Virus record (IMG/VR): IMGVR_UViG_3300006802_016159
Source of the DNA: an uncultured virus (IMG/VR IMGVR_UViG_3300006802_016159)
Lineage: Duplodnaviria; Heunggongvirae; Uroviricota; Caudoviricetes
Length of the DNA: 20,000 nt
Strand: one strand, 5' to 3'
The notes beneath the pieces are model-generated. The model saw nothing but the letters and a program-made list of their open reading frames with translations, did not search any database and had not been told where the DNA came from. The position numbers were made by a program, and so were the translations under genes. Shown here piece after piece: positions 7,266 through 16,257 of the stretch (position 1 is the stretch's first letter; each line of letters opens with the position of its first letter).

Positions 7266-8288
7266 ATGGCAATTACGAACAAAAAACTAGATTTCTGGGT
7301 TGAAAATAATTTCAACGTACTAATGACAGGTAAGCACGGTGTCGGTAAAACGGCACGAGTTCTTCAAGCCTTCGAAAGAGCGGGTATGAAGAAGGACGAG
7401 GATTACCTTTACTTCTCAGCATCTACTCTTGATCCTTGGGTTGACTTCATTGGAGTTCCGAAGGAGAAAGTCGGTGAGGATGGCGAGCGTTATCTTGACT
7501 TGGTGCGTCCAAAGCACTTCGTTAACGGAAAGATCAAGGCAATTTTCCTTGATGAATACAATCGCTCTCACAAGAAAGTTAGGAACGCGGTCATGGAATT
7601 GATTCAGTTCAAGTCCATCAACGGTAAGAAGTTCCCTCATTTGGAGATCGTTTGGGCGGCTATCAACCCCGAGAACGAGGAAGACGACGACGAGAACCCA
7701 ATGAATTACGACGTTGAGAACCTTGATCCAGCACAGAAAGACAGGTTCCATGTCTGCGTTGATATTCCTTACAAGCCTGACCGTAAATTCTTCGGAGACA
7801 CTTATGGTCGACAGGGCGAGGACGCGGTTGACTGGTGGAACGACTTGAACAACAAGCAAAAGGATCTCATTTCGCCCCGTCGTCTTGAGTATCTTGTGAA
7901 GATGTTTATTGCTGGTGGTGATTTGCGCGACGTTTCTCCTGCGGGAGTTAATATCAGTAAGCTTGTCAGCGAGTTGTCTTCTGGTTCGTTCAAGAGGAAT
8001 ATGTTTGACACTTTCGCCAAGGCTGATCCAGCGGCGGCAGAAGCGTTCATCAAAGACCCTAACAACTTCGACAACACAATCGAAGAGATTTGCAAGAAGC
8101 GTGAATTGATGGATTATTACTTCCCTCACATTCCAGACGAGAGAATCGCGGAGCTTGTCACTAAGAGACAGGATGTAGTTGATTACTTGAAGGAAAAGAT
8201 CAAGGAGAAGGAACGTCTGGATAGACAAAAGAAATCTTCCGGTGGTAGCACTACTGGAAACAGTGTGGACGAAGAAGTCCCATTCTAA
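7266..8288 (+). CDS. MoxR-like AAA+ ATPase
   Basis: Walker A GKHGVGKT, Walker B IFLDEYNR, sensor AAINP and LDPAQKDRF. Confidence 0.9.
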   Translation: MAITNKKLDFWVENNFNVLMTGKHGVGKTARVLQAFERAGMKKDEDYLYFSASTLDPWVDFIGVPKEKVGEDGERYLDLVRPKHFVNGKIKAIFLDEYNRSHKKVRNAVMELIQFKSINGKKFPHLEIVWAAINPENEEDDDENPMNYDVENLDPAQKDRFHVCVDIPYKPDRKFFGDTYGRQGEDAVDWWNDLNNKQKDLISPRRLEYLVKMFIAGGDLRDVSPAGVNISKLVSELSSGSFKRNMFDTFAKADPAAAEAFIKDPNNFDNTIEEICKKRELMDYYFPHIPDERIAELVTKRQDVVDYLKEKIKEKERLDRQKKSSGGSTTGNSVDEEVPF

Positions 8289-8290
8289 AA

Positions 8291-9721
8291 ATGGCTAACA
8301 AAGACACAAACACAAAGACTACAGCACCAGAGGTAACCCCAAAGGTGCTGGGGTCTTTCCGCAACTTCTCAAAGAGGGAGTTCCTCAAGCTCCATCGTGA
8401 TATGGAACAGTATCATGGTGTGTTTGGGCAGCTTTGGACGTTGGGACGACCTGTATTTGACAATAGTATTCCAACTGCATGTGTCGGCTTCGACAAGCAG
8501 GGTGAGTGCATGTTGTTCAGGTTTAACCCTGACTTCTGGGATTCTTGTTCTGACGAGAAGAAGAAGTTCGTTGTTGCGCATGAGTGCTTACACGTAATTT
8601 ACGCTCACGGCAAGAGGATGCGCCAATTAAACAAGCAGAAGGCTAACAAGGCCGCTGACGTTGTTATCAATCATGGTCTTGTCGATCAGTTTGGATTTGA
8701 CAGGGATGTGGTTGATCCCGAGGTCGAGTATCCAGAGGAAGTCGTTCAGGCTCACTCTCAATTGAAGGGTAAAAAGTCCAGACAGTATTGCTGGGTGGAG
8801 ACTGTTTACAAGAATCCTGCCAAAGTTCCTACGAACAAGTCAATGGAGTTTTATTACAAACTTCTTGAAGATGGAGAAGGCAAGGGCGGCGGTGGACAGG
8901 GTCAAGGAGGCGAAGGAGGCGAGAGTGATCCTAACGGTCAGCTTGTTGACGGTCACGATTACCTTGATGGATTTACTGAGGAAGACTTGAAGGACATCTC
9001 CGAAGCAATTCAGGAGACTCTTAGCGAGGAAGAACTGGAAAGTTTGAAGTCTCGTATGGAAGCTATGGAGAATGAGGGTGATGATCCAGAGGACAAGTCC
9101 CAAAATGGCAACATGGCGGGTTCTATTGCTGGCAATATGTTCAAGCAGTTGAACGTCAAGAAGGTCAAGAAGAAGAAGAAGTGGGAAACTGTCATCAAGC
9201 GTTGGTCCCTCAAATATATCAAGCCCGAGAGAAAGGACATCGAACAGTGGGCGGTTATGAACAGAAGGTTCTCGATGCTGCCAACCAATATGTTTCTTCC
9301 GACCGAGATGGAAGTTGACGATAATGTGACTGACGAGAAAAAGATCAAGGTCTGGTTCTTCCAAGACACATCTGGTTCTTGCTCTCATTTGGTTGACCGT
9401 TTCTTCAAGGCGGCTATGAGCTTGCCCGAGGACCGTTTCGACGTGAAGATGCACTGCTTCGACACGAAGGTTTACGAGACTAATCTGAAGTCTCAGAAGC
9501 TTTACGGTTTCGGTGGAACAACTTTCTCCTGCATTGAGCGTTACATTCAGAGCGTCAAGCACAAGGAAGGTGGCTATCCTGAAGCTGTATTCGTCATCAC
9601 TGACGGCTATGGCGACCATGTTCAGCCCGAGAAGCCAGAGAAATGGTATTGGTTCATTGATGGTGACCCTTACTTGATCCCTGCAAAGAGTCACAAGTTT
9701 GAATTGAAGAACTTTGAATAA
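8291..9721 (+). CDS. Metallopeptidase-VWA protein (DUF2201-like), MoxR partner
   Basis: HExxH (AHECLH), ANKAADVVIN, a Gly-rich linker, MIDAS DTSGS, GFGGT and ITDGY. Confidence 0.88.
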   Translation: MANKDTNTKTTAPEVTPKVLGSFRNFSKREFLKLHRDMEQYHGVFGQLWTLGRPVFDNSIPTACVGFDKQGECMLFRFNPDFWDSCSDEKKKFVVAHECLHVIYAHGKRMRQLNKQKANKAADVVINHGLVDQFGFDRDVVDPEVEYPEEVVQAHSQLKGKKSRQYCWVETVYKNPAKVPTNKSMEFYYKLLEDGEGKGGGGQGQGGEGGESDPNGQLVDGHDYLDGFTEEDLKDISEAIQETLSEEELESLKSRMEAMENEGDDPEDKSQNGNMAGSIAGNMFKQLNVKKVKKKKKWETVIKRWSLKYIKPERKDIEQWAVMNRRFSMLPTNMFLPTEMEVDDNVTDEKKIKVWFFQDTSGSCSHLVDRFFKAAMSLPEDRFDVKMHCFDTKVYETNLKSQKLYGFGGTTFSCIERYIQSVKHKEGGYPEAVFVITDGYGDHVQPEKPEKWYWFIDGDPYLIPAKSHKFELKNFE

Positions 9722-9890
9722 GAAAATAAAAAACTGCAAATGTTGCGACAGCAAAATGCTAAAAAGCTATTCAGTCTGTCCACGTTGCGGGTTCTGTGGT
9801 AAAGGTATGACCAATGCTCAGAAATTAAAAGCAATAAAAATTATTCAAGAAAGTTTGTTTGAACAGAAGTCGAGTGGTGACTTGTCATGA
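9714..9890 (+). CDS. Small zinc-ribbon protein (58 aa)
   Basis: TTG start overlapping the VWA gene stop: MNKKIKNCKCCDSKMLKSYSVCPRCGFCGKGMTNAQKLKAIKIIQESLFEQKSSGDLS. Confidence 0.55.
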   Translation: MNKKIKNCKCCDSKMLKSYSVCPRCGFCGKGMTNAQKLKAIKIIQESLFEQKSSGDLS

Positions 9891-9891
9891 T

Positions 9892-9931
9892 AATGGGGGG
9901 GATTGGAATAAACCCCAGTCCCCTCATTTTT
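9892..9931 (+). terminator. Intrinsic terminator
   Basis: G-rich/C-rich hairpin (ATGGGGGGGATTGG...CCAGTCCCCTCAT) followed by a T-run. Confidence 0.7.
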
Positions 9932-9934
9932 CTC

Positions 9935-9963
9935 TTGACTTTTTAAGAAACTTGTATTAGTAT
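9935..9963 (+). promoter_or_regulatory. sigma70-like promoter upstream of tmRNA
   Basis: TTGACT-17 nt-TAGTAT, with an overlapping TATAAT at 9961. Confidence 0.6.
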
Positions 9964-10070
9964 AATATTAACCGCTACGGTTCAAGGTAAAGCAGCAACC
10001 AGTACAAAAAAACCTTTAAGCTGCCAGTTAGAGGTATGCGGTGACTCTAACATTTGTTCTTTTAAATTTT

Positions 10071-10448
10071 GGGGATGTAATGGTTTCGACTAAAGGGTTG
10101 AAACTGACATTGCGTGTCGAGGTTTCAGTTGGCCTCGTAAAAAAGCTGAAAAACAAAATAAACGGCGAATCTATTGATTCACTTCGTAACGACATCGTTG
10201 TTGCTGAAGATCGTGTTGTAGCGTAAATTACGCTGCCCGTCTTGCAGGTTACTCCTGCTATCTTGTAAGACGCTAACAGCAGGATAAGTCGATTACTGGC
10301 CCGTCCAATCGAATGAAAATTTAGGGATAGACCACCAAAGCGTTTGCTGGTTTTGCGAGAGAGTGGTCGAGATTAAGACTAGCTACACACGTAGTAATGT
10401 TAGCTGATATTTTTTAGGACGCGGGTTCGACTCCCGCCATCTCCACCA
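10071..10448 (+). ncRNA. ssrA: tmRNA
   Basis: 5' GGGGATGTAATGGTTTCGAC and 3' GCGGGTTCGACTCCCGCCATCTCCACCA form an acceptor stem with G3.U. The tag reading frame follows ATAAAC at 10164-10226 (GESIDSLRNDIVVAEDRVVA*). Confidence 0.95.
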
Positions 10449-10455
10449 ATTTATT

Positions 10456-10623
10456 ATGAAAAATTTAAAAAAAGAAATGGAATCAGTTGCCGACAAGCTG
10501 GGGGTTAGCAAAGACGCTAAGTTTGTAGCTTTTGATCCGAAGAAGATGGTCGATGAGAACGGTAAGGTTACGGTGTTTGACGAGTTTGCCGGTGGAGGCG
10601 ACGTGGTTTTGGTGGTTGATTAA
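10456..10623 (+). CDS. Small hypothetical protein (55 aa)
   Basis: MKNLKKEMESVADKLGVSKDAKFVAFDPKKMVDENGKVTVFDEFAGGGDVVLVVD. Confidence 0.6.
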   Translation: MKNLKKEMESVADKLGVSKDAKFVAFDPKKMVDENGKVTVFDEFAGGGDVVLVVD

Positions 10624-10791
10624 AGCTAATTTTAGAACGGCATGAGGGCTAGAGGTAGCCTTAAAGGTGAGAGCTAGTAATTAAAATTATATAACAACAT
10701 CCTCGGACGTAATATGGTATGTCCACCGTTCTTTTTTCTTAAAAGCACCAAGGATTTTTATATCTTTTGGGTTTTTTGTGTAATATAGGGT

Positions 10792-12474
10792 ATGAGTTAC
10801 CCTGTATATGATGACGGTAGAATTCCTCATGTCTCACAAAAAGGACTTGTTTATGTCCCTGAGTCGGGAGTTTATCGTCCAATTTTTGCTTCTGACTTGA
10901 CTGGTTCATCGACGACAGCAATTACTGGAACTTTGACTACAAAATTGGTCGCGGCAAATGACCAAACCGCTAATCAAATAAACCCATTAGCAGTTAAATT
11001 AGGAGGTCCATCTAGTTCAGCCTTCGGAGAGGGCTTGGTCGTATCTCCAGACCCACAAATCGAAGCGTATTTGTCATCAGCCAAAGACTCAAGGGAATGG
11101 GAAATATTTTCTGGGCAAAACGATGGGTATGTTAATGCGGGGACGGGATTGGCCGAGCTTTCCATAGGAAACACATTGTTGGCTTATTCTACTCTTAGGA
11201 CAAAAGATTTCTTGCCTTACGTTCCCGGTCAGGGAGCAGTTTATAGGTTCACGGCGGCATTTAATAGCGGGGTGGCTAATTCGTTGCAGTTGGTTGGTCC
11301 TTATCATGCGGAGGACGGCTTGGCTATTGGTTATAATGGAACAGGCTTTGGGGTCATGCATCGTTACGGTCGAAAGTTGGAGGTTCAAAAACTTTCTTTT
11401 TCTTCTCAGTCAACTGTAGCTGGAAATGTGACCATAACCTTAAATGGAACCCCAAACACAGTAAGATTAGATGCTCTTGGAAATATCTGGTCTGACGCCC
11501 GAAGCATATCGACTGGAGTTTATAGTGAAAATGGCCCATCAGGGCTAAGTTACGAGTGGCAAGCTTATCAAATTTCGGGGGATGCTTATTTCATGAGGAC
11601 CACTCATGGTGCTTTAACCGGCTCTATGGCTTTTGACCCCGGCTCTACAAACGCATCTGCATCCTTTTCTCAGTTTCAGGCTGGAGCGGAAGGAACTCAA
11701 GATTGGTATTATCAGACTGGATTTAGTTATGATACATTAGATGGGACAGGGCCTTCAGCAATGACGATTGATCCGCAAAAAATTAATGTTTATGAGATTA
11801 AATATGGGTGGTTGGGCGTTTTACCAATTAAAATCTCAGTAGCCAACGAACAATGTCAAGAAATGATTCCTGTTCATGTGATTCCTTGGACAAATTTAAA
11901 TACAATCCCCCATCTTCAAGACCCGAGGTTTCGAATTTCTTACGCTTTGGCTTCGGCGGGAAGTACCACGGCCATGTCTCTCAGGGGATCTTCTGTTTAT
12001 GGTGCTATTGAAGGACAAACTTCATTAAAACACAAGCAATTTTCGGTCATTAATGAAGAAACAGCAGACACTACAGAAGACCCGATTCTTTGTATTATGT
12101 CGAGCAGAATAAATCTCTCTCAAACAAACATCAACAGAAGAAGAATCTTTGTAAAAGAGATTAATATTACTAACGAAAGTTCAAGCAAGGCGGCTTCGAT
12201 TAAAGTTTATATCGGCTCTCGAAACAATTTAGTGGGTTCTAATTTTTATAATGATGGCAATCAAGATTCAATAGTCTTAATAGACAAGTCGGCAACAGCA
12301 TTGGTTAATGATTCTCTTGAATTGATTGCTTCTAGGGGCGTTGCTCAGACTACAGCAGTAACGTTGAACATTGGGAAATTCCTTCTACCCAAAGATGTTT
12401 TGATTGTGACCACCCAGACCTCTTCATCTTCGGCCCCTATCATTGCCTCGGTGAATGGAAACGAGGACGTATAA
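10792..12474 (+). CDS. Probable virion structural protein (beta-rich, S/T/G-rich)
   Basis: 560-aa ORF with the composition of phage structural/lectin-like proteins, preceded by the GTGTAATAT motif. The function is inferred. Confidence 0.6.
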   Translation: MSYPVYDDGRIPHVSQKGLVYVPESGVYRPIFASDLTGSSTTAITGTLTTKLVAANDQTANQINPLAVKLGGPSSSAFGEGLVVSPDPQIEAYLSSAKDSREWEIFSGQNDGYVNAGTGLAELSIGNTLLAYSTLRTKDFLPYVPGQGAVYRFTAAFNSGVANSLQLVGPYHAEDGLAIGYNGTGFGVMHRYGRKLEVQKLSFSSQSTVAGNVTITLNGTPNTVRLDALGNIWSDARSISTGVYSENGPSGLSYEWQAYQISGDAYFMRTTHGALTGSMAFDPGSTNASASFSQFQAGAEGTQDWYYQTGFSYDTLDGTGPSAMTIDPQKINVYEIKYGWLGVLPIKISVANEQCQEMIPVHVIPWTNLNTIPHLQDPRFRISYALASAGSTTAMSLRGSSVYGAIEGQTSLKHKQFSVINEETADTTEDPILCIMSSRINLSQTNINRRRIFVKEINITNESSSKAASIKVYIGSRNNLVGSNFYNDGNQDSIVLIDKSATALVNDSLELIASRGVAQTTAVTLNIGKFLLPKDVLIVTTQTSSSSAPIIASVNGNEDV

Positions 12475-12544
12475 TTCAATCCAAAAAAAATCCGCGACGA
12501 AGATTTCTCTTGACTTTTTCCTAAAATACACGTACCATAATCAC

Positions 12545-13192
12545 ATGGACATTGAATTAGGCAATAGCATGATGGGATTCACTATTCGATTTGAGAATGG
12601 ACAATGCCCCATGCCCGAGAATTTTAAGGATCATGGCGTCGATTGGGATAATTACATCTTTCATTGTATGGATGAGTATGAATTCCTCACGAACGACGGC
12701 CGCTGGACTGAGATTGCATTTGATGAATTTAATTTGATGAACAGGGAGATTCAGACTCTCAAGTTCATTCCTCAAGAAACAGAATTTACTTTATCAGCAG
12801 GATCAGTCAAAGAATTGTTTGAAGCTGACCAAGTAGAATTTAAAAGGCTTGAGGATTTTACTGGTGAATTGAATTTTGTAGCATTTATTCCTCAAGAGGA
12901 TAAGAGTTATGACTTGACTGCGCAATTTAAAGCTGTAGTCATTTATGGAAAGCTGGACAAGGTGGAAATTGTTTCCTCCAAACGTATGGATAATGAAAAC
13001 CGCAAGAAGCTTGTTGAAAGTGTCTCGGCGGAAATCAAATCAAAAGATAAGAGGTCTAGCGCGTGGTGGCAAGTGCCATACTCCATTTACTCTGGCCTTT
13101 TGAGGGGTCTTTGTGGTATTATCACCCTTGTATGGTGTATGCCAGCATATATTTTACAGTGGGTGATTAAAAAGATCACTCCAAAACTTTAA
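12545..13192 (+). CDS. Hypothetical protein with a C-terminal hydrophobic segment
   Basis: Start reassigned to ATG 12545, behind the promoter TTGACT(12510)-17-TACCAT. Confidence 0.7.
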   Translation: MDIELGNSMMGFTIRFENGQCPMPENFKDHGVDWDNYIFHCMDEYEFLTNDGRWTEIAFDEFNLMNREIQTLKFIPQETEFTLSAGSVKELFEADQVEFKRLEDFTGELNFVAFIPQEDKSYDLTAQFKAVVIYGKLDKVEIVSSKRMDNENRKKLVESVSAEIKSKDKRSSAWWQVPYSIYSGLLRGLCGIITLVWCMPAYILQWVIKKITPKL

Positions 13193-13249
13193 TTTACGTT
13201 AGATTCTATCGCTGGGTTGAATTTTTATTCAATTTGTTGTATAATATTC

Positions 13250-13579
13250 ATGGACAAGTTTGAATTTAAAGTCGATGGGCTGGACATTGACGTAGAAATT
13301 GATAAGAAAACTAAAGAGATTCTTGCGAAAGCTGCGCGTCAGACCGAAATGGAAGACGAGCTTAGAGAAGCAATCGCTAACCTTGCTTGGGATGGCTCAC
13401 AAGAGGAACTCGACTGTAAAGTAGGAGAGTCAAATTATGACATCACAGATTATCTCAGAGGACATAAATCCCCAGCAGACCGAGTCGAAGACGGTTACAA
13501 AAAAGCAGTCGCCGCTCGAATCGCCAAATATGATTGGAAGAGGGCGCTTGCGAAGACATACAAGAGTGCGGTTAGCTAA
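13250..13579 (+). CDS. Hypothetical protein
   Basis: Start ATG 13250, behind TTGAAT(13217)-17-TATAAT. Confidence 0.7.
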   Translation: MDKFEFKVDGLDIDVEIDKKTKEILAKAARQTEMEDELREAIANLAWDGSQEELDCKVGESNYDITDYLRGHKSPADRVEDGYKKAVAARIAKYDWKRALAKTYKSAVS

Positions 13580-13751
13580 GAAGAGTATTAGGCGTCCACT
13601 ATCAATTTCTAAGATCGCAGTCGAAGAAACCATTGAAGTGAATGAAAATGGTTATCCTATTGACAATTTTTCTGGCGTAAATTCCTCCGCTGACAAGGCT
13701 AGAGTCCTTGCTTTGAAATACAAGCAGGCAATGGCGCCTAAAAAATCATAA
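13566..13751 (+). CDS. Small hypothetical protein
   Basis: 3' part of ORF 13437-13751. A GTG at 13566 overlaps the upstream stop. Confidence 0.5.
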   Translation: MRLAKKSIRRPLSISKIAVEETIEVNENGYPIDNFSGVNSSADKARVLALKYKQAMAPKKS

Positions 13752-13817
13752 AAATTCTTTAACATCTTCCCAAAATAACTTGACTTCCCATTAAAAATGT
13801 CCTATGATGGTAGCGTT

Positions 13818-14465
13818 ATGGGAATGGAAAGTAAAATTGTAGTATTGGCATTGGACTCTGTCTATCGTGACATTGGTCGGAAGTCAGTTGGCGAGGCGAT
13901 GGTAGCATTGTCATTCAAGGAGGGCGAGAAGCCCGTCTGGTTGGCATTGGACATTGGCTACGCTCTCAAGGAGGATGGAACTCCTGACACAAAGAATGTG
14001 GAGACATTCCGCCCAGTGAACCTTGATGAGTGGGTCAAGTTGCCCGTGCGTGATTACGACTTGACGATCAACTCAGGTAACGGGTCTATCAGGGTGCCGG
14101 GAGTAATTATCTCTCAGAATTTCGCAGACACGGTCTTTCGTGATGTGAAGTTCGGCAACCAGAACGTCTTGAGGCGTGACGGTTTCCGTTGTCAGTACAA
14201 AAACTGTCAGTTCTGCGGGAACAAGGTCTTGGAGGGCGACAAGCTTAACATTGACCACGTTATCCCTCGTTCAAGGGGTGGAGAGAATACATGGACTAAC
14301 ACTGTTGCTTCATGTATCGAAGTCAACTCCTTCAAGGACGACAGAACTCCAGAGGAAGCTGGACTTGAGTTGGTTCGCCAGCCGTTCAAGCCTTCTCCAG
14401 AGTTGATGACGGGCAAGGCCGCTGATATTATGGGTCACATTGACTGGGCGATGTTTCTTAAATGA
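13818..14465 (+). CDS. HNH endonuclease (McrA-like)
   Basis: RRDGFRCQY...NIDHVIPRSRGGENTWTNTVASCIEVNSFKDDRTPEEAG. The promoter TTGACT(13780)-17-TATGAT places the start at 13818 or 13824. Confidence 0.88.
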   Translation: MGMESKIVVLALDSVYRDIGRKSVGEAMVALSFKEGEKPVWLALDIGYALKEDGTPDTKNVETFRPVNLDEWVKLPVRDYDLTINSGNGSIRVPGVIISQNFADTVFRDVKFGNQNVLRRDGFRCQYKNCQFCGNKVLEGDKLNIDHVIPRSRGGENTWTNTVASCIEVNSFKDDRTPEEAGLELVRQPFKPSPELMTGKAADIMGHIDWAMFLK

Positions 14466-14767
14466 AATATCCCCAGTCTTTTTTTCGTCTCAACTATATG
14501 GACACTAATACTGGACAAATGTTATATGACCTCATGGTACTTGAAAAGTCCTCCGAATGGCTGGATCAACAGGTAAATGCCGTCATAGATCAAATTAATA
14601 CTGAAGAATTAAAAACTCCACAAGACGAGGATCGACTGGACGCTTTGCATACCCAATTGAAGATTTTGTATAAGCGATGTGAGATCGAAGCTAAGATTGG
14701 AGATCAACTGAATAAAAAATATGGCTACACAGACCTCGCCGCTCCAACAGGCAAAGCAATTGCTTAG
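14462..14767 (+). CDS. Hypothetical helical protein
   Basis: Start overlaps the HNH stop. Confidence 0.65.
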   Translation: MKYPQSFFRLNYMDTNTGQMLYDLMVLEKSSEWLDQQVNAVIDQINTEELKTPQDEDRLDALHTQLKILYKRCEIEAKIGDQLNKKYGYTDLAAPTGKAIA

Positions 14768-14936
14768 TCAGTTAATTGACGAGCAAGAACGGATCGATGA
14801 TATGAACGACGCGCTGGCTAAGGCTGCGTCCGAGTCTCTCGATCTAAACTATGACGATAATAGATTTGAGGGCGAGTCTTTCATGTTTCATTACCTTAAA
14901 AATCTACGAGAATTGCTTGAAAAAATTGAAGAATAA
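14721..14936 (+). CDS. Hypothetical protein
   Basis: 71-aa acidic ORF within an operon-like string. Confidence 0.6.
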   Translation: MATQTSPLQQAKQLLSQLIDEQERIDDMNDALAKAASESLDLNYDDNRFEGESFMFHYLKNLRELLEKIEE

Positions 14937-15227
14937 TTGAATATGTTGACAGTATCTTTCGTCAATGAATTGCAGTTCGTAGCTAAACATTTTAATGTCC
15001 CTTTATCAGTTGATCTGAAGTTGGGGAAGGGAGAGCCGGTGCAATTGGTTCTGGTTAATGAAGTGTTGACCGTGGAATATTTAGGAGAACTGATTTGGAA
15101 AGAGAAAGTGGCTGGACCTGATTCTAACTTCGGAGTTGAGTCTTGTGAAGTTATATTTAAATTAATAACAATGACTGACGCAGGAGATACTTCTTGGAAA
15201 GATAAAATTCCTCACATTTTCGCTTGA
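14937..15227 (+). CDS. Hypothetical protein
   Basis: 96-aa ORF abutting the previous stop. Confidence 0.6.
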   Translation: MNMLTVSFVNELQFVAKHFNVPLSVDLKLGKGEPVQLVLVNEVLTVEYLGELIWKEKVAGPDSNFGVESCEVIFKLITMTDAGDTSWKDKIPHIFA

Positions 15228-15261
15228 CAAATTCGTAAATAGTTGATATAGTTATAGTAAT

Positions 15262-15636
15262 ATGAAGAACAACGTATATTCAGTAATCGGGTTTCTTACA
15301 GAAATTGGCGAGCCTCAGTCGTTCGACAACTTTAATGTGAGAGAGTTTAAAGTTCGCACCAAGGAGGATTATCCTCAAGATTTGAAGTTCGACTTGTTTA
15401 ATGACAAGATGAGCATTCTTGATGGCTTTTCCGATGGTCAAGAGGTTGAGGTTTATTTCTCTATCAAGGGTAGAGTTTACAAGGATCGCACCTACCATAC
15501 CCTTCGTGCCTTCAGCGTGAAGAAGGCTAGTGGAAACAAGGCACCGTCCCGTGCAGTAGCCGCTAGGGAAGAAGTTGCAGCAATCCCTTCTGATGACACG
15601 GTCGCCGCAGGCAGCACCGAAGAACCAGTATTCTAA
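15262..15636 (+). CDS. DUF3127-family OB-fold protein, SSB-like
   Basis: FNVREF..EDYPQDLKFDLFNDK...GQEVEVYFSIKGRVY..RTYHTLRAF, with an acidic tail EEPVF. Promoter TTGACA(15224)-17-TATAGT. Confidence 0.8.
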   Translation: MKNNVYSVIGFLTEIGEPQSFDNFNVREFKVRTKEDYPQDLKFDLFNDKMSILDGFSDGQEVEVYFSIKGRVYKDRTYHTLRAFSVKKASGNKAPSRAVAAREEVAAIPSDDTVAAGSTEEPVF

Positions 15637-15648
15637 ACTCCATTGAGT

Positions 15649-16257
15649 ATGAAAGACCTGACCATTGCTACCGACAAAGAGTTGGTAGCTTTGGTTCAGG
15701 AGGGGGATCAACAGGCGTTTGGGGAATTATACTCACGGTATTTCGAGATCATTAGGAATACTTTAATTACTAAGACGAACGCCTCGTTACAGGATGCTGA
15801 AGATTTGACTCAGCTTGCTTTCATCAAGGCGATGAAAAATATATCCTCCTTCGAGAACCGAAGCACCTTCAAAACGTGGATGTATCGCATTGCGCATAAC
15901 ACTTTTCTTGACTCTATCAAGAGCAAAAAGAATAAAGCGATTAGTTTAGAGGAATTCAACAAGGATTCCTGTGGGAGAGATTACTTCATATCCGACGATA
16001 ATGCTGACGTTGACGCACCTGATGTCCTTCTAGCACAGAAGGAAAACACTTCCCTCGAAATGGACAGACTGAATACGGTCAAGTCCAAGCTCTCCGAAAA
16101 CCAACAAAAAATCTTTGATCTTGTCTTTGTGCAGGACAAGTCCTACAAGGAGACTGCTGAACATTTGGGGTGTCCGATTGGAACAGTAATGAGCAGAGTA
16201 TTCTTCACAAGGGAGAAGCTCAAGAAAATGCTCAAGAAAGATTCACTTAAGAATTAG
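15649..16257 (+). CDS. ECF (RpoE-like) RNA polymerase sigma factor
   Basis: GDQQAFGELY, DAEDLTQLAFIKA, FKTWMYRIAHNTFLD (region 2) and SYKETAEHLGCPIGTVMSR (region 4). Confidence 0.92.
   Translation: MKDLTIATDKELVALVQEGDQQAFGELYSRYFEIIRNTLITKTNASLQDAEDLTQLAFIKAMKNISSFENRSTFKTWMYRIAHNTFLDSIKSKKNKAISLEEFNKDSCGRDYFISDDNADVDAPDVLLAQKENTSLEMDRLNTVKSKLSENQQKIFDLVFVQDKSYKETAEHLGCPIGTVMSRVFFTREKLKKMLKKDSLKN

Noticed and set aside
7416..9754. Long antisense ORFs (7416-8228, 8840-9754; similarly 4185-4718)
   Set aside because: These are shadows of strongly codon-biased sense genes, with no recognisable motifs.
10041..10226. 61-aa ORF
   Set aside because: It overlaps the tmRNA. Only its 3' part is meaningful, as the tag reading frame.
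10419..10448. Stand-alone tRNA
   Set aside because: The T-arm and CCA belong to the tRNA-like domain of the tmRNA, pairing with 10071-10077.
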